Source of the DNA: Mobula hypostoma
Lineage: Eukaryota
Length of the DNA stretch: 64,000 bases
Direction of reading: 5' to 3'
Assembly (NCBI RefSeq): GCF_963921235.1
Contig: NC_086118.1
Location: forward strand, 25,546,001 to 25,610,000
The notes below the pieces were generated by a model. The model saw only the letters and a list, made by a program, of their open reading frames with translations, searched no databases and was not told where the DNA came from. Position numbers and translations under genes: made by a program. Every line of letters starts with the position of its first letter. Positions within the stretch are counted from its first letter, which is position 1. Below, in pieces: positions 36,591-50,909 of the stretch.

Positions 36591-39500
36591 TGGGAGAGAT
36601 CACTGACAATGCTAAGGGTCCCATGTACACAGCGTTCCTGTTAAATATAGCAGGAAGACAGACCCCAGTGATCCTCTCAACAGTCCTGGCAATCCTTTGT
36701 AGAGACTTGCAATTTCTACAAAGATAAAATGCAGAGAGAAATGCTCTACATTCCAAATATGTCAGTAGTTTTGAAAGTTCTTTCCCCCACCGTACCCCCC
36801 CCCGCATCAAAGAAACCAAGCCATTTTGATTAAAAATTCAGATTTCATAGAATTTAAATCAAGACTGGGTCTTGAATATTAAACTAATTATATTTTCTAG
36901 GGGTGGCACAGTGGCAAAGTATTAGAGACTGCTCCAGCACCCCAGGTTGGAACATGACTTCACAACCTTCGTGGAATTTTCCTGCAACGGCCTTGGTTTA
37001 AACTGGCTGCTCAGGTTTTCTCTCACATCCTCAAGATCTGCATTGGCACGTTGAATGGCCTTTGTAAATTGTTCTTAACGTGCAGAGCGGCGGAACTTTG
37101 GGGGGAGGGGGAAGAGAGGGGTGATGGAAATGTGGGCATAACAAGGAATTCTAGTAAATGAGTGCTTTATAGGGACTGATGGGCCTATTTCCACACTGTA
37201 CAACTAACAAACTCAATTTCACAATGTCCTGACATCAACTTCTTAGACCAAAATTTGCACTAATGTAACTCAAGGCCACTACAAAGTTGTGGGATAATTA
37301 ATGCAAACAAATTAGTTGAAGAAAATTGAGCATTTTAAACTTAGATGGTTCTTAAACACATTAAAGCAAAAACCAGTATAAAATTTTCTAATGTTCAGTT
37401 GTACTGATTATTCCAAGCAGCACATCCCAAATTCCCTACAAACAGATAAATTAAAATTCCTTCTGTGTTCTGGATATTACATCTCTCATGCACTACCACA
37501 AATATTTCCTTAAGTCAGCTTGATCTTGACCCATATGATAATGGAATGAGACCAATTTCAACCAGCACAGATATAAATGCTGCAATATTCAAAAGTAAAA
37601 TATCTGCAGTGTTCACTCTAAATGCATTGAGATTTGGACCAAATCTGGAGTGAATTTTCCCAATTTTGAGAAAAATTGTCTCAGAAATTATTTCTCTTGC
37701 TTTATTCACCAATACTGGCTGAGGTACTCAAAATATTTTTGACTCTTTCACAGCCCTTCATCAATACCAGTAACACCAGAAAAACAGGTCATCAGCAGGA
37801 CTGAATACTCAAGTTGAAGGCCTGATGAGTGGTTCTATCACTCCAGGTTCCCAACTATTTAATTTTGATTTTGTTCAAATAATAAATACTTTATTGATCC
37901 CAAAGGAAATTAGCATCATGGTAACATTACAAGTGCACAGATACGTAAATATTAAGATTAAAAATAAATAACTTAAAAATAATATGTACAAGATTTAGAA
38001 GTCAAAGATTACAAAATTTACAAGTTCACACTGATAAGATGATATTACACTAATTGCACTATTATACACTAAAGAGTGTACATTCACACCATCCAGATAA
38101 GGTGATGGTGGTATTGCACAGGGAGTCCATGATTGCAGGGTGTTAAACAGAGTTAATAACAGTATAACAGGAGGGTGTCTCTTTCCCAGCTATAGGCTGA
38201 CTCACTATAGAGCCTAATGGCCAAGGGCAAGAATGACTTCATAGCACGCTTTGGAGCAGCGCAGTTGTCTATTATTGAAAGTGCTTCTCTGTTCAACCAA
38301 AGAGGCACGGTCAGAAATAACGCGGTAATTTTAAACTATTGGCACTGAGTAAATGTGCTCACTGCACCTTCATAATCATCTTTCAAAAACCACTTGCTTC
38401 TTCTGTTGCTTGCCTTGTATTAAAAGAGTAATTTCATACACTGTAGACTTAGACTTCACTTTAATCACCCAAAAGAATGGTTTATGCTAACCCAACAATG
38501 TTCCACTGCAGACTACCCTAGATTACAAGCTTAAAATAAAGAACTTGCTCCCATGGTATATTTTTGTGCTCAAAAACAAGCAGTGTAAATCTCATGTTTA
38601 CCCTGATTTGGTCTAATTTATGGGGTATCAAAGCTCAGTTTCCCTACACGGTCTTGACACAAGAATCTAGTGCAGGATGCTTCCTGTGTAGGATATCAAC
38701 TTGTAGTAAAGACAAAGATTATTAAATATTTCAAATAGGCTCTATGTGTGCCTATCCAATGCTGTTAATTGCTCAAGATATTTGAGAGAGGCACGTTAAC
38801 AATTTGCACAGTAATGAAGCAAATATTATCACTGCAAATGACCAGTAGCTGATCTGACCTCAAATCTCACAGATTGTGGGGAAACCAGTCAGGTTTTTAC
38901 ATTTTATATTGGATAAATGCAAGTGATCATTGTAAAATGACACTAGGATTACCAAAAGTGTACTGAGGTCCACCAGATTAAAGTTAAATTGATTATAAAA
39001 TTTACTATTTTTATGCACTCACATTTGGAAAATTGCTTTACAGTAATTTCTAAATCAACATTCATTTCTAGACAGAAAAAAGAGATCAGTTAACATCTTA
39101 CATCAATACTGTACCCTTCTGGTTGCAGTGCAAGTCTAATTCTGCACAACTAAAGTTGACATTACAGGCCAATTTGATTAGGCTGGTTTGAGAAGCACAT
39201 AATATTCTAATTACAATAGAACAATATTCTCTTGAATGTCTGCCATATAGAGAGGTCAACTACAAAGCATCAAAAGTAAACATCCAGAAATTCCTTGTTC
39301 CTTAATTTTAAAAAAATCATGAGCAAGACCTCATGCCATGCAAAGTGGTCTTAACATTAACTCATCTGCGGCAGGAACTACTACGAATACTATTTCCCCC
39401 AGATGCTCATTGTTCCACATCACAAAGCCTTTGAATCATTCCTGATGTTTCAAGGGCAGCCAGTTTCAAAAATAAGTGAAAGCTAGAATTGTTTTGTTTG

Positions 39501-40300
39501 TATAGAATGCACAGTTATTAACGAAAATAAATCATATTTTATATTTCCAATTGACTTATCCATAAATTAGCCACAGAGTGCAAAAGTCAAGTACTGCAAT
39601 GATATTAGGCCAAGATGAAATAATTTTAAATTTTAGGCAAAAAGTAACATTGTAAAGCTCATCACTTGGATCTTTCACTAATGACATTGAGCTTAAAAAA
39701 TGTTACACAAAGGATGAACCAAGCCCCACAGAAAACAAGTTCTTAGTCATTTTTACCTCGCCAAATTTCTACTCCTTAGACAATGTTAGACATTAATAAT
39801 TTTATCACTGCAAATCAAAAGCTAAAAGACCCAAGGACATTTGCCAACTAGTCCTACATGTCCATTTCCCTCAAGTCAGTAAATATTAGCTCCTACCTTT
39901 ACTTTCCATGACCATCTTTGATGCTGTAGCTATCAAAAGACTTCTACAAATCAATACACATAATGGCCACCCAATGTTCTGTGCTGCCAAAGTGCAATTG
40001 TCAATCGCTGGCCCGTGACTTTTACTCCACTCAGCACTGAACTTCAGCTTGCGGCAGAGATTAGTAAACCTCATGGTGCACTGAACCTCAGCTGTGGTTT
40101 GCCACTCTCAAAGTGCAGACTCACTTTTGAATGCCATTTGCTCACTTTTAGTTTACATGTTATTATTCTCTGCCCATTGGATGCTTGACAGTTTTTTTAA
40201 AAAAAATAGGTTCTACTGGGTTTATTTTGTAGCCATGTGTAAGAAAATGAAATCTCAAGGTTGCATACACATACTTTGATAAAAAATGTAATTTGAACTT

Positions 40301-40362
40301 TGAGAGACAACTCTAAACCTAAAATCATAATTGTGAGACAACTCTAAACCTAAAATCATAAT
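40301..40362 (+). repeat. 31-bp tandem duplication (2 copies, 1 mismatch)
   Basis: TGAGAGACAACTCTAAACCTAAAATCATAAT followed by TGTGAGACAACTCTAAACCTAAAATCATAAT. Confidence 0.95.
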
Positions 40363-40904
40363 AAACCTGTGTACACTGTCTAAATGATCTACACTGTGAC
40401 AAACCTCATTTTACATTCATCTGGACTTCAGGATATATGATCCAGTTAGTGTCAGATCAGAGATTTTCTTGATCTAAGGATATTCTTTGCCAAGCATTGA
40501 GTCTTCAAAAAGTTCAGGACATTTCAGAGGAAGAATTAGCCCTCTTAATTCAGTTAATTGGACTGAAATTTAGGGTCAAACTGAAATGCAACTTAACTAT
40601 TAAATAGTTTGGAAAGTTTGTTTAGGGAACAGCTCAAATATGAAGTTTAAATACCTGACCAAGTCTATCAAAACCAACTTAAGCATTTGGTTATTTTGGT
40701 TGCCAACCCAGTCTTCAAAAATTCCATCTTTGTGCAGGCCAGGAGAAAATACCTGCTAAACCCAGCATGCTACACTCCCACAAACGCAACTATTACATTA
40801 CACTATTAACTACATCACATTATATCCCCCCTCATCCTTTCCAACAAGCATTTCTGCTCCCTATCCCCAAGCAACCCCATGTCTAAGACACGTCTCTTCT
40901 AAAT

Positions 40905-42720
40905 ACCAACAAAAGGCAACTAACAAAAAAGTTAAGGTAAAGGTGGAATACAAAGGTACAAAAAGTTTCTTCAGATACGTAAAGTGTAAAAGGGAGTGGG
41001 AGTGGATATCAGACCGCTGGAAAATGATGTTGGAGAGGTAATAACAGGGTACTATGAAATGGTGGACAAACAAGTATTTTGCATCAGTATTCACTGTGGA
41101 AGATGATAGCAGTATAGTGGAAGTTCCAGGAGTCATGAACTGTGTGAAGCTATTATCAGGGAGAAGGTTCTTGAGAAACAGATCTGAAGCTAGATAAATC
41201 ACCTATCCCTATACACTCCAGGGTTCTGAAAGTGGTGGCTGAAGACATTGTGAAGGCATTAATAATCTTTCAAGAATCACTAGATTCTGGAATATTTCCG
41301 GAAGACTGGAAAATTGCAAATGTCACTCCACTCCTCAGAGGGAAAGAGGCAGAAGAGAGGAAGTTTATAGGTCAGTTAGTCTGACCTCAGTGGTTGGAAA
41401 GATGTTGGAGTCCATCCATTATTAATGATGGGGTTTCGGGGTACCTGGAGGAACAAGATGAAATAGGCTCTAGTCAGCATGGTTTCCTCAAAAGGAAAAT
41501 CTTGCCTGAAATCTATTTGGAATTCTTTAAAGAAATAACAAGCAGGATCGACAAAGGAGAATCAGCTGATGGCGTGTATTTGGATTTTCAGAAGGCCTTT
41601 GACAAGTTGTCACGAGGCTGCTTAACAAGCTACGAGCCCATGGTATTACAGGGAAGGTTTTAGCATGGATGAAACAGTGGCTGATTGTCAGGAGGCATCG
41701 AGTGGGAATAAAGGGAGCCTTTTCTAGATGGCTGCCAGTGACTAGTGGTTTTTCAGGGGTCTATGTTGGGACTAATTCTTTGTACGTTATTGATTTGGAT
41801 GATGGAACTGTTGGCTTTGTTGCAAAGTTTGCTGATGATATGAAGATGGGCAGAGGGGCAGGTAGCTTTGAGGAAGTAGAGAGGTTACAGAAGGGCTTGG
41901 GTTAGGAGAACAGGCAAAGTGGCAAATGGAATACAGTACCAGGAAGTGTCTGGTCATGCACTGTGGAAGAAATGAAAGGGCTGACAACTTTGTAAATGGA
42001 GAGGAAGTACAAAACACTGAGGCGCAAAGGGAGTTGAGAGCCCTTGTGCAGGATTCCCCGAAGGTTAATTTGCAGTTTGAGTCTGTGGAGAGGAAGGCAA
42101 ATGTAATGCGAGCATTCATTTCAAGAGGACTAGAATATTAAAGCAAGGATGTAATGTTGAGACTTTATAAATTATCGGTGAGGCCTCACTTGGGAGTACT
42201 GAGAGCAGTTTTGGGCCCATTATCTTAGAAGGGATGTGCTGAAACTGGAGTGAGTTCAAAGGAGGTTCACAAAAATGGTTCCAGGTTTGAACGGCTTGTC
42301 ACATGAAGAGCATTTGATATATTCCCAGGAATTCAGAAGAATAAAGGATGACCTAATTGAAACCTATCAAATGGTGAAAGCCCTTGATAGAGTGGATGTG
42401 GAGAGGATGTTTCCTACAGTGGAAGATCTAAGACCAGAGGACACAGCCTCAGAATATACAGATGTCCTTTTCGAATGGGAGATGAGGAGGAATTTCTTTA
42501 GCCAGAGAGTCATGAATCTGTGGAATTTGCTGCCACTGATAGCTCTGGATTCCAAGTCTGTACATGTTTTTTAAAGGCAGAAGTTGATAGATTCTTTTTT
42601 GTCAGGGCATGAAGGGAAGGCAGGATATGGAGGCCGAGAGGAAAAATGGACCAGGCATGATGGTAAAGCAAACTCAATGGGCCAAATGGGCTAATTCTAC
42701 CTGTATGTCTTCTGGTCTTT
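40905..42720 (+). mobile_element. CR1 LINE, 5'-truncated and decayed
   Basis: QHGFLK, YLDFQKAFDK, VAKFADDMK, MRRNFFSQRVMNLWNLLP; tail TATGTCTTCTGGTCTT. Confidence 0.92.
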
Positions 42721-44300
42721 CAGTGGTTGAATGGACAGACTGTCAGCAGTGATCCCACACCTGGACTGGCTGCCTTTTAGTATACATGTACCATTGGCAC
42801 CAAAACCTCCTGCGCTGGTGTAAGTAGCTTAAAATTGAACAGATTTATTTATTCTTCGAAGCCAAAATTTTTATCTATGAGATCTCAAAACAACATTCAG
42901 TTAAAATACTGAGCCCCAAGATCTACATTTCCCCACTGTCCATCCAAAACCAACTCGATCTGAGCCCAACATATACAGTGTTGGGAGGTCACATGAATGG
43001 CCATGAGGGGCCAAAACATCTGAATTTAATTTTGAGAAAGGCACAAGCCCTTTGGTCATACAGTCTCAAAACACTTCTCTAATAGTTGTGTCGATGGGAA
43101 AAGGGGATTTTTAGAAAAGTGCCAAGAAATTATTAAATGGAGGCAGTGGAGGACATTAAACTGTCAGAGTAAAAGTTTCAAATAGTAGCTCATAGATAAT
43201 CCCTCATCTGGAATTAATCTAATTACAATGATCTAGTTGCTTTTGCTGTGAGTATCAAGTTAGGAAAAAGTTTGAGGTGATGTTAAGTTATTTTTAAATA
43301 GAGAAATGCAGCCTAGAAACTAACACTTCAGCACACATGTTGACCTTTGACCACTCATTTAGAAATGTTAGATTGTAAAATAATCGCCATCCATCCTGGA
43401 ATTAGAGTATTAAACCATAATTGGAATTTACTATCAAATTAATGGCATGCACCAATAACTGCAACTTCATGGATAATCTAAAATAAAGGATTTAGCACTG
43501 AGCTGAATGAACTTGCCAGGAGAGTACACAAGTTAGACATCAAGTTCACAGCGGACATTCACTGAAGCTAGTTAATCGGTCCTGGCTGGATAAATAATGT
43601 TACAGATTGCTCATTCCAACCATTCCAGCCAGGAAAGCTGTACTCACTTTTGTTATTTTGAATAATGTGCGACTTTAAAAAAAACTCAGCCTTGGCCATA
43701 TATGGCTCTTTCACATTCCATTTAATAGACTCTGCTTTTTCATTCTTGTTAACTTTTGAAGAGTTTAGGATGAGCTTCAGCACGAAGGTTTTATAAATCC
43801 ACATTCCTTCCGCCATGTTTGAAAAGGTGGAGTTATGGAAGAGGCAAGGAATAATCCAGGATAAAGCAACTTACTAATTTTAATCCATGTTATAACCATG
43901 TACTTTCATCAATTTTCTCATCTTAAGCAAACATACCTAATAATGATATCCAATATTAACAAATTTGCTTTATTCAGCAGAGGATGCATATACTCTGGTT
44001 TACATGGCCTTAAAGCATACTTTTGCAATTACAGTATTGAATGTTGTTGGGAACCTATAACAAATTGAGGATCCGTTTTTGCTACACTATGGAATCAAAT
44101 GCATTTAGGAGGCTACAGTAAAAGTGAACATTAATAAAAAAATCAAAGATTTAAATTACATGAAATATGTTCTAATTATACTTTAAGCACCCCAAGGTGA
44201 AATAAATAGTGTTTCATTTTCTGCCTCAAAGGATGAATAGGTATCTGGATTTCCAAAATGAATGCACTTCCTTTAATGCCTTGCATAGATGAGAAATTAT

Positions 44301-45250
44301 GCAAGTGGTTCAGAAGTCAAATCTAGAAGTGAAAATACTCAAAGGAACATTAGCTTCACTGAAAAAGCAATGAGAGAAAAGATGAAAAGGTAAGCTAGCA
44401 AATAGTAAGAGGATACTAAACATAGAAAGAATAAAAGAGAGTGGACATCTGACCATTGGAAAAAGACACCAGAGGGGGTAGTAATGAGGGACAAAAAATA
44501 GCAGATGAATTAAAGCATTTTGCATCAGCCTTCAGTGCGAAAGACACCAGCAGCGTGCCAGAAGTTCAGTGTCAGAGGCAGGTGTCAGTGCAGTCACTAT
44601 TATTGAGGTGCTCTGTAAGCTAGAAGGTTTGAGGGTTGATAGGTGACTTGGATGAAGTAGACTATAGTTTAGGAGCCTGACAGAGGTAGCTGAAGAATTT
44701 GTACAGGCATTAGTGATCTTAAGAATTATTAGACTGTAGAATGGTTCCAGGCAACTGGAAAACTATAAATATCACTCCAGATTTTGACAGCAAGGCAAAA
44801 GTCAGGAAATTATAGGCCAGTGACAAGCCAAACTTCAGTGATTGGGAAAATGTTGGAGTCTATTATGAAGGAGGCCAAAGTCAGCAAGGTTTTTCCTTAA
44901 GGGGAAATTTTGCCTGACAAATCTGTTGAAATTCTTTGAGGAAAATACTAGCAGGATAAACAAAGGAGTTGATGGATATTGTTTACTTGATTTTCAGAAG
45001 GCCTTTACCAAGATGCCACACATGAGGCTGGCAAACAAGATAGGAGCTCATGGTATTACAGGAAAGATACTAACTTGGATTGAAGACAGAGTGGGAATAA
45101 AGGGAGCCTTTTCTGGTTCACTGCTGGTGACCAGTGGTGTTTTGTAAGGGGCAGTGTTGGTCTGCTGGTTTGCTTGTTATACATTAATGATCTGGATGAT
45201 GGAATTGATGTCCTTGTGGCAGGTTTACAAAGATAGGTTGAGGTGGAGGA
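44301..45250 (+). mobile_element. Old CR1 internal fragment
   Basis: FFEENTSRINKG..LDFQKAFTKMPHMRLANKIGAHGITG. Confidence 0.8.
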
Positions 45251-46170
45251 TTGAACAAATTACCAAATTATTTGAATCTCAGTTACTAAAAACTTTTATT
45301 TTGTGACAACTGTGTGCCATTTAAGGCAAACCATTACAAAAATTAGATTTTGGCATTTGCAGTTTTATTATCACACCACTCTTAAACACTGACCTAATGG
45401 CTCAGCACGAGGTCTATTGCACCCTGCAGATTCTGCTTGACCTGCCAACTTTCCGCAGATTGTTATATCAAAATAAAATGTACTGTTACTCATCTGATGA
45501 AAAGCTGTCTTAGCTTAGATCCTAAAATATTTTGTGCAAGAAGGGAGAGAAAGCACAAATGTTGTGAAGCTTTGTCAACTGCATTCAAATATATTTGTCA
45601 GTGGGAAGGATTAGGCACATGTCTAATCAAGCATTATTATTCAAAGGTCATCGCATGCTTGGTATGAAGACATTAAACCAAGCCATGCTCTGCTACGAGA
45701 AGTTTACATATTACTGAAGCAGAAACTACTCAAACAGGTCAACATCTTTCAAGCAGCTCCAAGAAATTTTGCAATATATTTGTCCACATAAAAGTAACTC
45801 ATTCTTAAGCATCCTTTTCAGCTTGTCAAGGAGAATGGAATAGGTCATTAGTCATGCAAAATATTTCTTCTGGCATTTACATTTTAATTAAACTGATGCA
45901 TTTCCCCCACTATAAATTTCCCAAAGCAAAACATTCCTCAAAACCAAATGGCGCAGTTAAGTAAAAACATGCATTTTGATAGCAACTCATATCCTATGTT
46001 ATAGATGACAAAGTTGTGACTAATAGTGAAAGAAATAAAAGGTAATGTATAAACCCTTACGAACTATCAATTATTACTATCCAGACATTGTCTTCATTAA
46101 CAGATTAAGCCAATAAATCCACAAAATCCTCCCACAATTTCTGATTGAAGAGTGCACTACCAAGGACAAG

Positions 46171-46298
46171 TTTCTATGTTTAGTATCCTCTTACTATTTG
46201 CTAGCTTACCTTTTCATCTTTTCTCTCATTGCTTCTTCAGTGAAGCTAATGTTCCTTTGAGTATTTTCACTTCTAGATTTGACTTCTGAACCACTTGC
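46171..46298 (-). repeat. 128-bp inverted copy of 44301-44428
   Basis: Reverse-complement identical by eye except one base (GAAAAAGC vs GAAGAAGC). Confidence 0.93.
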
Positions 46299-47189
46299 TC
46301 CGCTACATTTACTGTGCTCTTTGCTGCACCAAGTATGAGGTCCTGCTCCAGACTTCATGTCAGCGGGCTCCACAACATTTACTCTGCTATGCGCTGAACT
46401 GAGGCAGGGGCTGTGGGCCTGTTCCGAGCTTCAAGTCTGCATATTCTGCAACATTTTGCTCGTGTGCTGAACTGAGCCTGGGCCTGCTCCAGGCTTTCCG
46501 TCTATGTACTCACTTGCATTCTAAATGCTGTTTGCTTGCTTCTATTGTTTGCACAACTCGTTCCCCACACTTCTCTTCCCCCACACACACACACATTGGG
46601 TGTTGTTTTATTTAATGGGCTCTTTTGGGTTTCCTGTTTTGGGGTTGTATAATGTATACATATTTTGATAAATATACTTTGAATAATTTATTACATTGAC
46701 ATTAAGGAGACAAATTTAGCCATCATTTAATTCCCTTCAGTCATTTCTGCCCACATGCAAGACGAATTCTGGCTCCATCCGCAATATTAAAATTGAGTTC
46801 CGTCAGGAGAGGTGATAGCAGGCTTGAGCAAGTAAATTTTATGACACTGGGATTCAAATCCAGATGGGATTGCCAGCAGTCAAAATAAAGCTGCCCTGAC
46901 CTAGCTACCCCAGCAGGAGGGATCCACTGCTCAATTACAGAAAATTGAGCAGCTAAGTTGGTAACACAAGAGGCCAAAGAATAACCAATTTAAGAAATGG
47001 AGGAATGCCATAACAGGTCATCAGAATGCTCAAAGCTGGAGACAATGAAGGCGATTTTTAAGATGTCATTTTAAATTCACCTTTTTAAAATTTGGATGAC
47101 TATTTGCTTAAGAAAACATTCCTATTTTATGCAAAGAAAATGTTCCTAAATTGGATGAAATATATTTGAGTTTATTATGAGAAGTGGAA

Positions 47190-48622
47190 GAAGGGATTGC
47201 TGGGTATTGAGAATTATTTTTGCATCCACACTGGTCACAGGAGTAAGAGGATTGGAGGATGGCAAATTCTTTGTTCAAGACAGACAACAGGGATTAAAGA
47301 CCAGTGAAACTTATTTCAGTGGTGGGCAAATTAACAGAAAATACTTGTAGTCAGGATTTAAGCATGGAGAAGCATTGTCTTATTAGGAATAGGCAACATG
47401 GCTTTGTAAAGGGCAAGCCAAGCCACAAGTCTGGCTGATTTGAGGAAATGACAATAAATTGAAGGTAGAGTGCTGGATGTAGTATATATGGATTTTACCA
47501 AGACATTAAACAAGATTCCCCATGAAAGCCTCTTCCAAAAATCTAAAACATAGGAAAAATGAAATTTAGCAGCACAAATTCTAAATTGGCTATCCTACAG
47601 AACGTAGAGAATGGTGGTGGTTGTTCCGCAGGGATCTGTTCTAGGATCCCTGCTCATTGTGATTTTTAAAAATGAAGGATGAGGAAGTGGAGGGGGGGAG
47701 CTTTTAATAAGTTTGCAGATGACAGAAAAGTCATGTGGTGAGGATAGTGCAAAAGGTCATCATAGATTGGACTCATAAGCCACTTGAGAGCCCATAAGTA
47801 GATCAGAATGAAGACCATCATCCTCGATCTTGAGGGATAGCTACGACGATGACAAGGTAACAATGAGACAGACAGAGTGCAGAGGTCAGCTTAGAATTGG
47901 CAATTGAGTTCAATCAGGAGAGTGAAGGGATACACTTTAAAACTTTGAGCTTAAGGCAGAGTACAAGGTTAATAGCAGGGTTGTCAAGTGTAGAAGAATA
48001 GAAGGATCTTGAGGTTCAAGTCCACAAATCCCTTGGAGCTGCCACACAAGTTGATAGGGCGGTTCAGAAAGCCTTATGTGAGCTGGCCTTCATAAGTCAG
48101 GGGATTGAGTTCAAGAGCTACAAGGTAATCCTGCAGCTCTAAAACCCTGGATGGACAGAACTTGGAAAATTGTGTTCAGTTCTGGTTGCCTCATTACAGG
48201 AAGGATGTGGAAGCTTTAGAGGTGGTGAAGAGATATAGTTGAATGTTGCCTGTATTACAGACACGTCTTATGAGGACAACTTGAGCAAACTAGGGCTTTC
48301 TCTCTTTGGAGGATGAAAGGCATCACGATAGAGGCGTGCAAAAGGCATAGATAGAGTCAGCACCTTTTTTCACAGGGTGCCAATGGCTAATATCAGAGGA
48401 CATCCTTTTAAGATGTGGAAGTGGTTTATGGGAGATGTCAGAGGGAGCTTTTTAAAATACAGGTGGTGGTAAGTATACAGTGGTGGTAAGTATTTAGTGC
48501 CTTTAAAGAGAGTATCTGATTAAAAGTAAAATGGAGGGTTACAGGCCATGCAAAAGGGAAGGGTTAGAGATTGATAGCACAACATTGTGAGCCAAAGAGC
48601 CTCTACTGTTTGATGTTCTATG
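47190..48622 (+). mobile_element. Old CR1 LINE fragment with a short foreign insertion near 47760-47870
   Basis: CAACATGGCTTTGTAAAGGGC, TATATGGATTTT, GTTCCGCAGGGATCTGTTCTAGG, TTTGCAGATGAC, CAGTTCTGGTTGCCTCATTACAGGAAGGATGTGG. Confidence 0.85.
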
Positions 48623-49054
48623 AAGTTCGTATGCCTATGCTATGAATTAAACTTGTTAACTTCACTCATTCAACACATCATTTAAAACAATTGTTTATAG
48701 TATTAAATTGTCAATGCCAGTTAGCATTCCTCAAAAAGCTATTTGAATTCACTACAAATGACAAATTACATACAGCTTAAAATAATTGTATTCATATTTC
48801 TATTAGCAATTTAACTGCCACACATCTTTCAGCCTTAAGTTAATGTAATACTACAAAATTTTCCCACACAAATTTAAAACTATATAAATAACCTAGTATT
48901 TCCTTATTAACACTTCAAAATCTTAATCAACACAAAACTATCAATTTTTTTAAAATTACAGGGGATACATATCTGCAGCAGCTGCATTACTAACAATTGA
49001 CAGAGACTTCATTTACTGAATGTAAACTGGGCGCCTCTCACCGTTTCTTTGATT

Positions 49055-50215
49055 ATGCATCTGGATTCCAAATAGACCACAGGATAACAGCACAGATATG
49101 TAGGAAGATCATGGAAAGTATGTAAGCAACAGGGTAGTTATAGCAGGCAACTTTAACTTCCCCAATATTGACTGGGAGTTATCTAAAGCTATAGGCTGAG
49201 ATAGGGCGTAAATTTTTCAATATGTCCAGGTGGGTTTCTTTATAGCCTAATCAGAGAACTGTCATCTTGACTGTAAATTGGGAAATCAACTTGGCCAGAT
49301 GATAAAGTATCAGTTGGAGTGTATTTTGGAAACAGTAACCATAACATTGAGCTTCCATATAGCAATGGTTATGAATAAGACTGGACCTCAGTGGAAAGTG
49401 CTAAACTGGAGGAAGACCCACTACAAGAGTATTAGGCAGGCATTCTGGAGAGTGAGACAGGAAGGAGTACGCTGATATTTTATAAATGTTAATGTCAATG
49501 TGGCACAGGGACTGGTGAAATCCCTCATATTATTGACAGTGAAGAGATTAAATCGCTGGGGTGTTAACAGATCTGAGTACCCTCCTCAGCTACAGGTAAC
49601 ATCCAAGTACAGAATAGCCAGTGTTTCTAGTTTAAAAATGGCAATATTCAGAAGTTATAAGTTGATGAGCCTCATATCAGTGGTAGGCAAGTTACTTAAC
49701 ATTCTTAGAGAGGATTTATACAAGTCTGGGAAAGCATGGACTTACTATGCAGAGTCAGTATGGTGTCATATGCAGGAGGTCAAGCCTTAGGACTTTTTTG
49801 GGGGCAGGTGATGGTGAATGAGGCGAGAACAGTGAGAGTTACCCACATGGGCTTATAGCATTCAACAAGGTCATTCATGATAGGCCAAGCACATGGAATT
49901 TATGAAGACCTGGTGCACTACAGCATTAAGCTTAACAGCCATTGAAGACAGTGGGAATTGATGGAGTCTTGTCAAACTGACTGGAGAGCTGTGACCTGTG
50001 GTGTTTCACAATGGTCTCAATGCTGGTTTTATGAGTGATCTGGATAAAATATAGGCGTTAATTAGCAAATCAGATGAAAAAGTTGGGCTCATCAATAATA
50101 AGAAAGTTTAAAGGATTCAGCAGGATATTGAGCAGCACAAAATATGGGCAGAAATGGCTGATGGAATTTAATTTGAATGAGTGAGGCATTGTAATTTGAG
50201 CAGGCAATACAAGAC
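49055..50215 (+). mobile_element. Very old CR1 remnant
   Basis: GGCAACTTTAACTTCCCCAATATTGACTGG (GxFNFPNIDW); SLISVVGKLL; TGGGCAGAAATGGCTGATGGAATTTAAT. Confidence 0.7.
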
Positions 50216-50909
50216 AAATTTCTTTGGGGTTTGACAGAAAATAAGAGGACATTTCCTCGTGGAAAATTTAGAACAAGAATGGAGATCCTAAAGAGAGGCA
50301 AAAGTTCTAACAATGTCAGAAGTTTATGAGATCATGATTTCTTTTAAAAAGAAAAGAGAGGAATCTTGAGAAAAAGAGGTGGAAAGAGGTTTAAAAAGAG
50401 GTGGAATCTTGAGAAGCAAATGGGCCAAGATCTTGGCAAGTAGGCATGAATGTGCAAGTTAATGCAAGATCTCAAGTTACAGCAAAGTACCCCTGGCTCC
50501 AAAGTTCCTACAGGACCAGCCCTCAAGCCAAGTTGGCAATTGCCAATTTTCAAAAGATTAAAGATTAGCTTCTTACATGTATATTTAAACAATGAAACTT
50601 TGTTTGCATCAAAGACCAACAGATTGTGCTGCCATGTTTTAACCAACATAGCAGGCCTACAACTCACATCTCTGGAATATGGGAGGAAAGGAAACCAGGT
50701 CACCGAGGAAATCTATGTGACTGCAGGGAGAACATGGAAAATACTTGAGACAGTAGTGGGTATAGACTCAAAAAATGAAACTTCTCTTGGGGAAACATTT
50801 CACCATTTCTCAAAAATTACACATGGACTCTGCAAGTTTACTTTGTTTCTTCATTTTACCTTAATCTTTGAAGAGTTTAAAACATATGCAACATGTGGGT
50901 CAACTAGAG

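Noticed and set aside
50352..50418. Imperfect purine-rich repeats (GGAATCTTGAGAA twice, AAAGAGGT three times)
   Set aside because: Low-complexity slippage; not a CRISPR-like or otherwise regular array.
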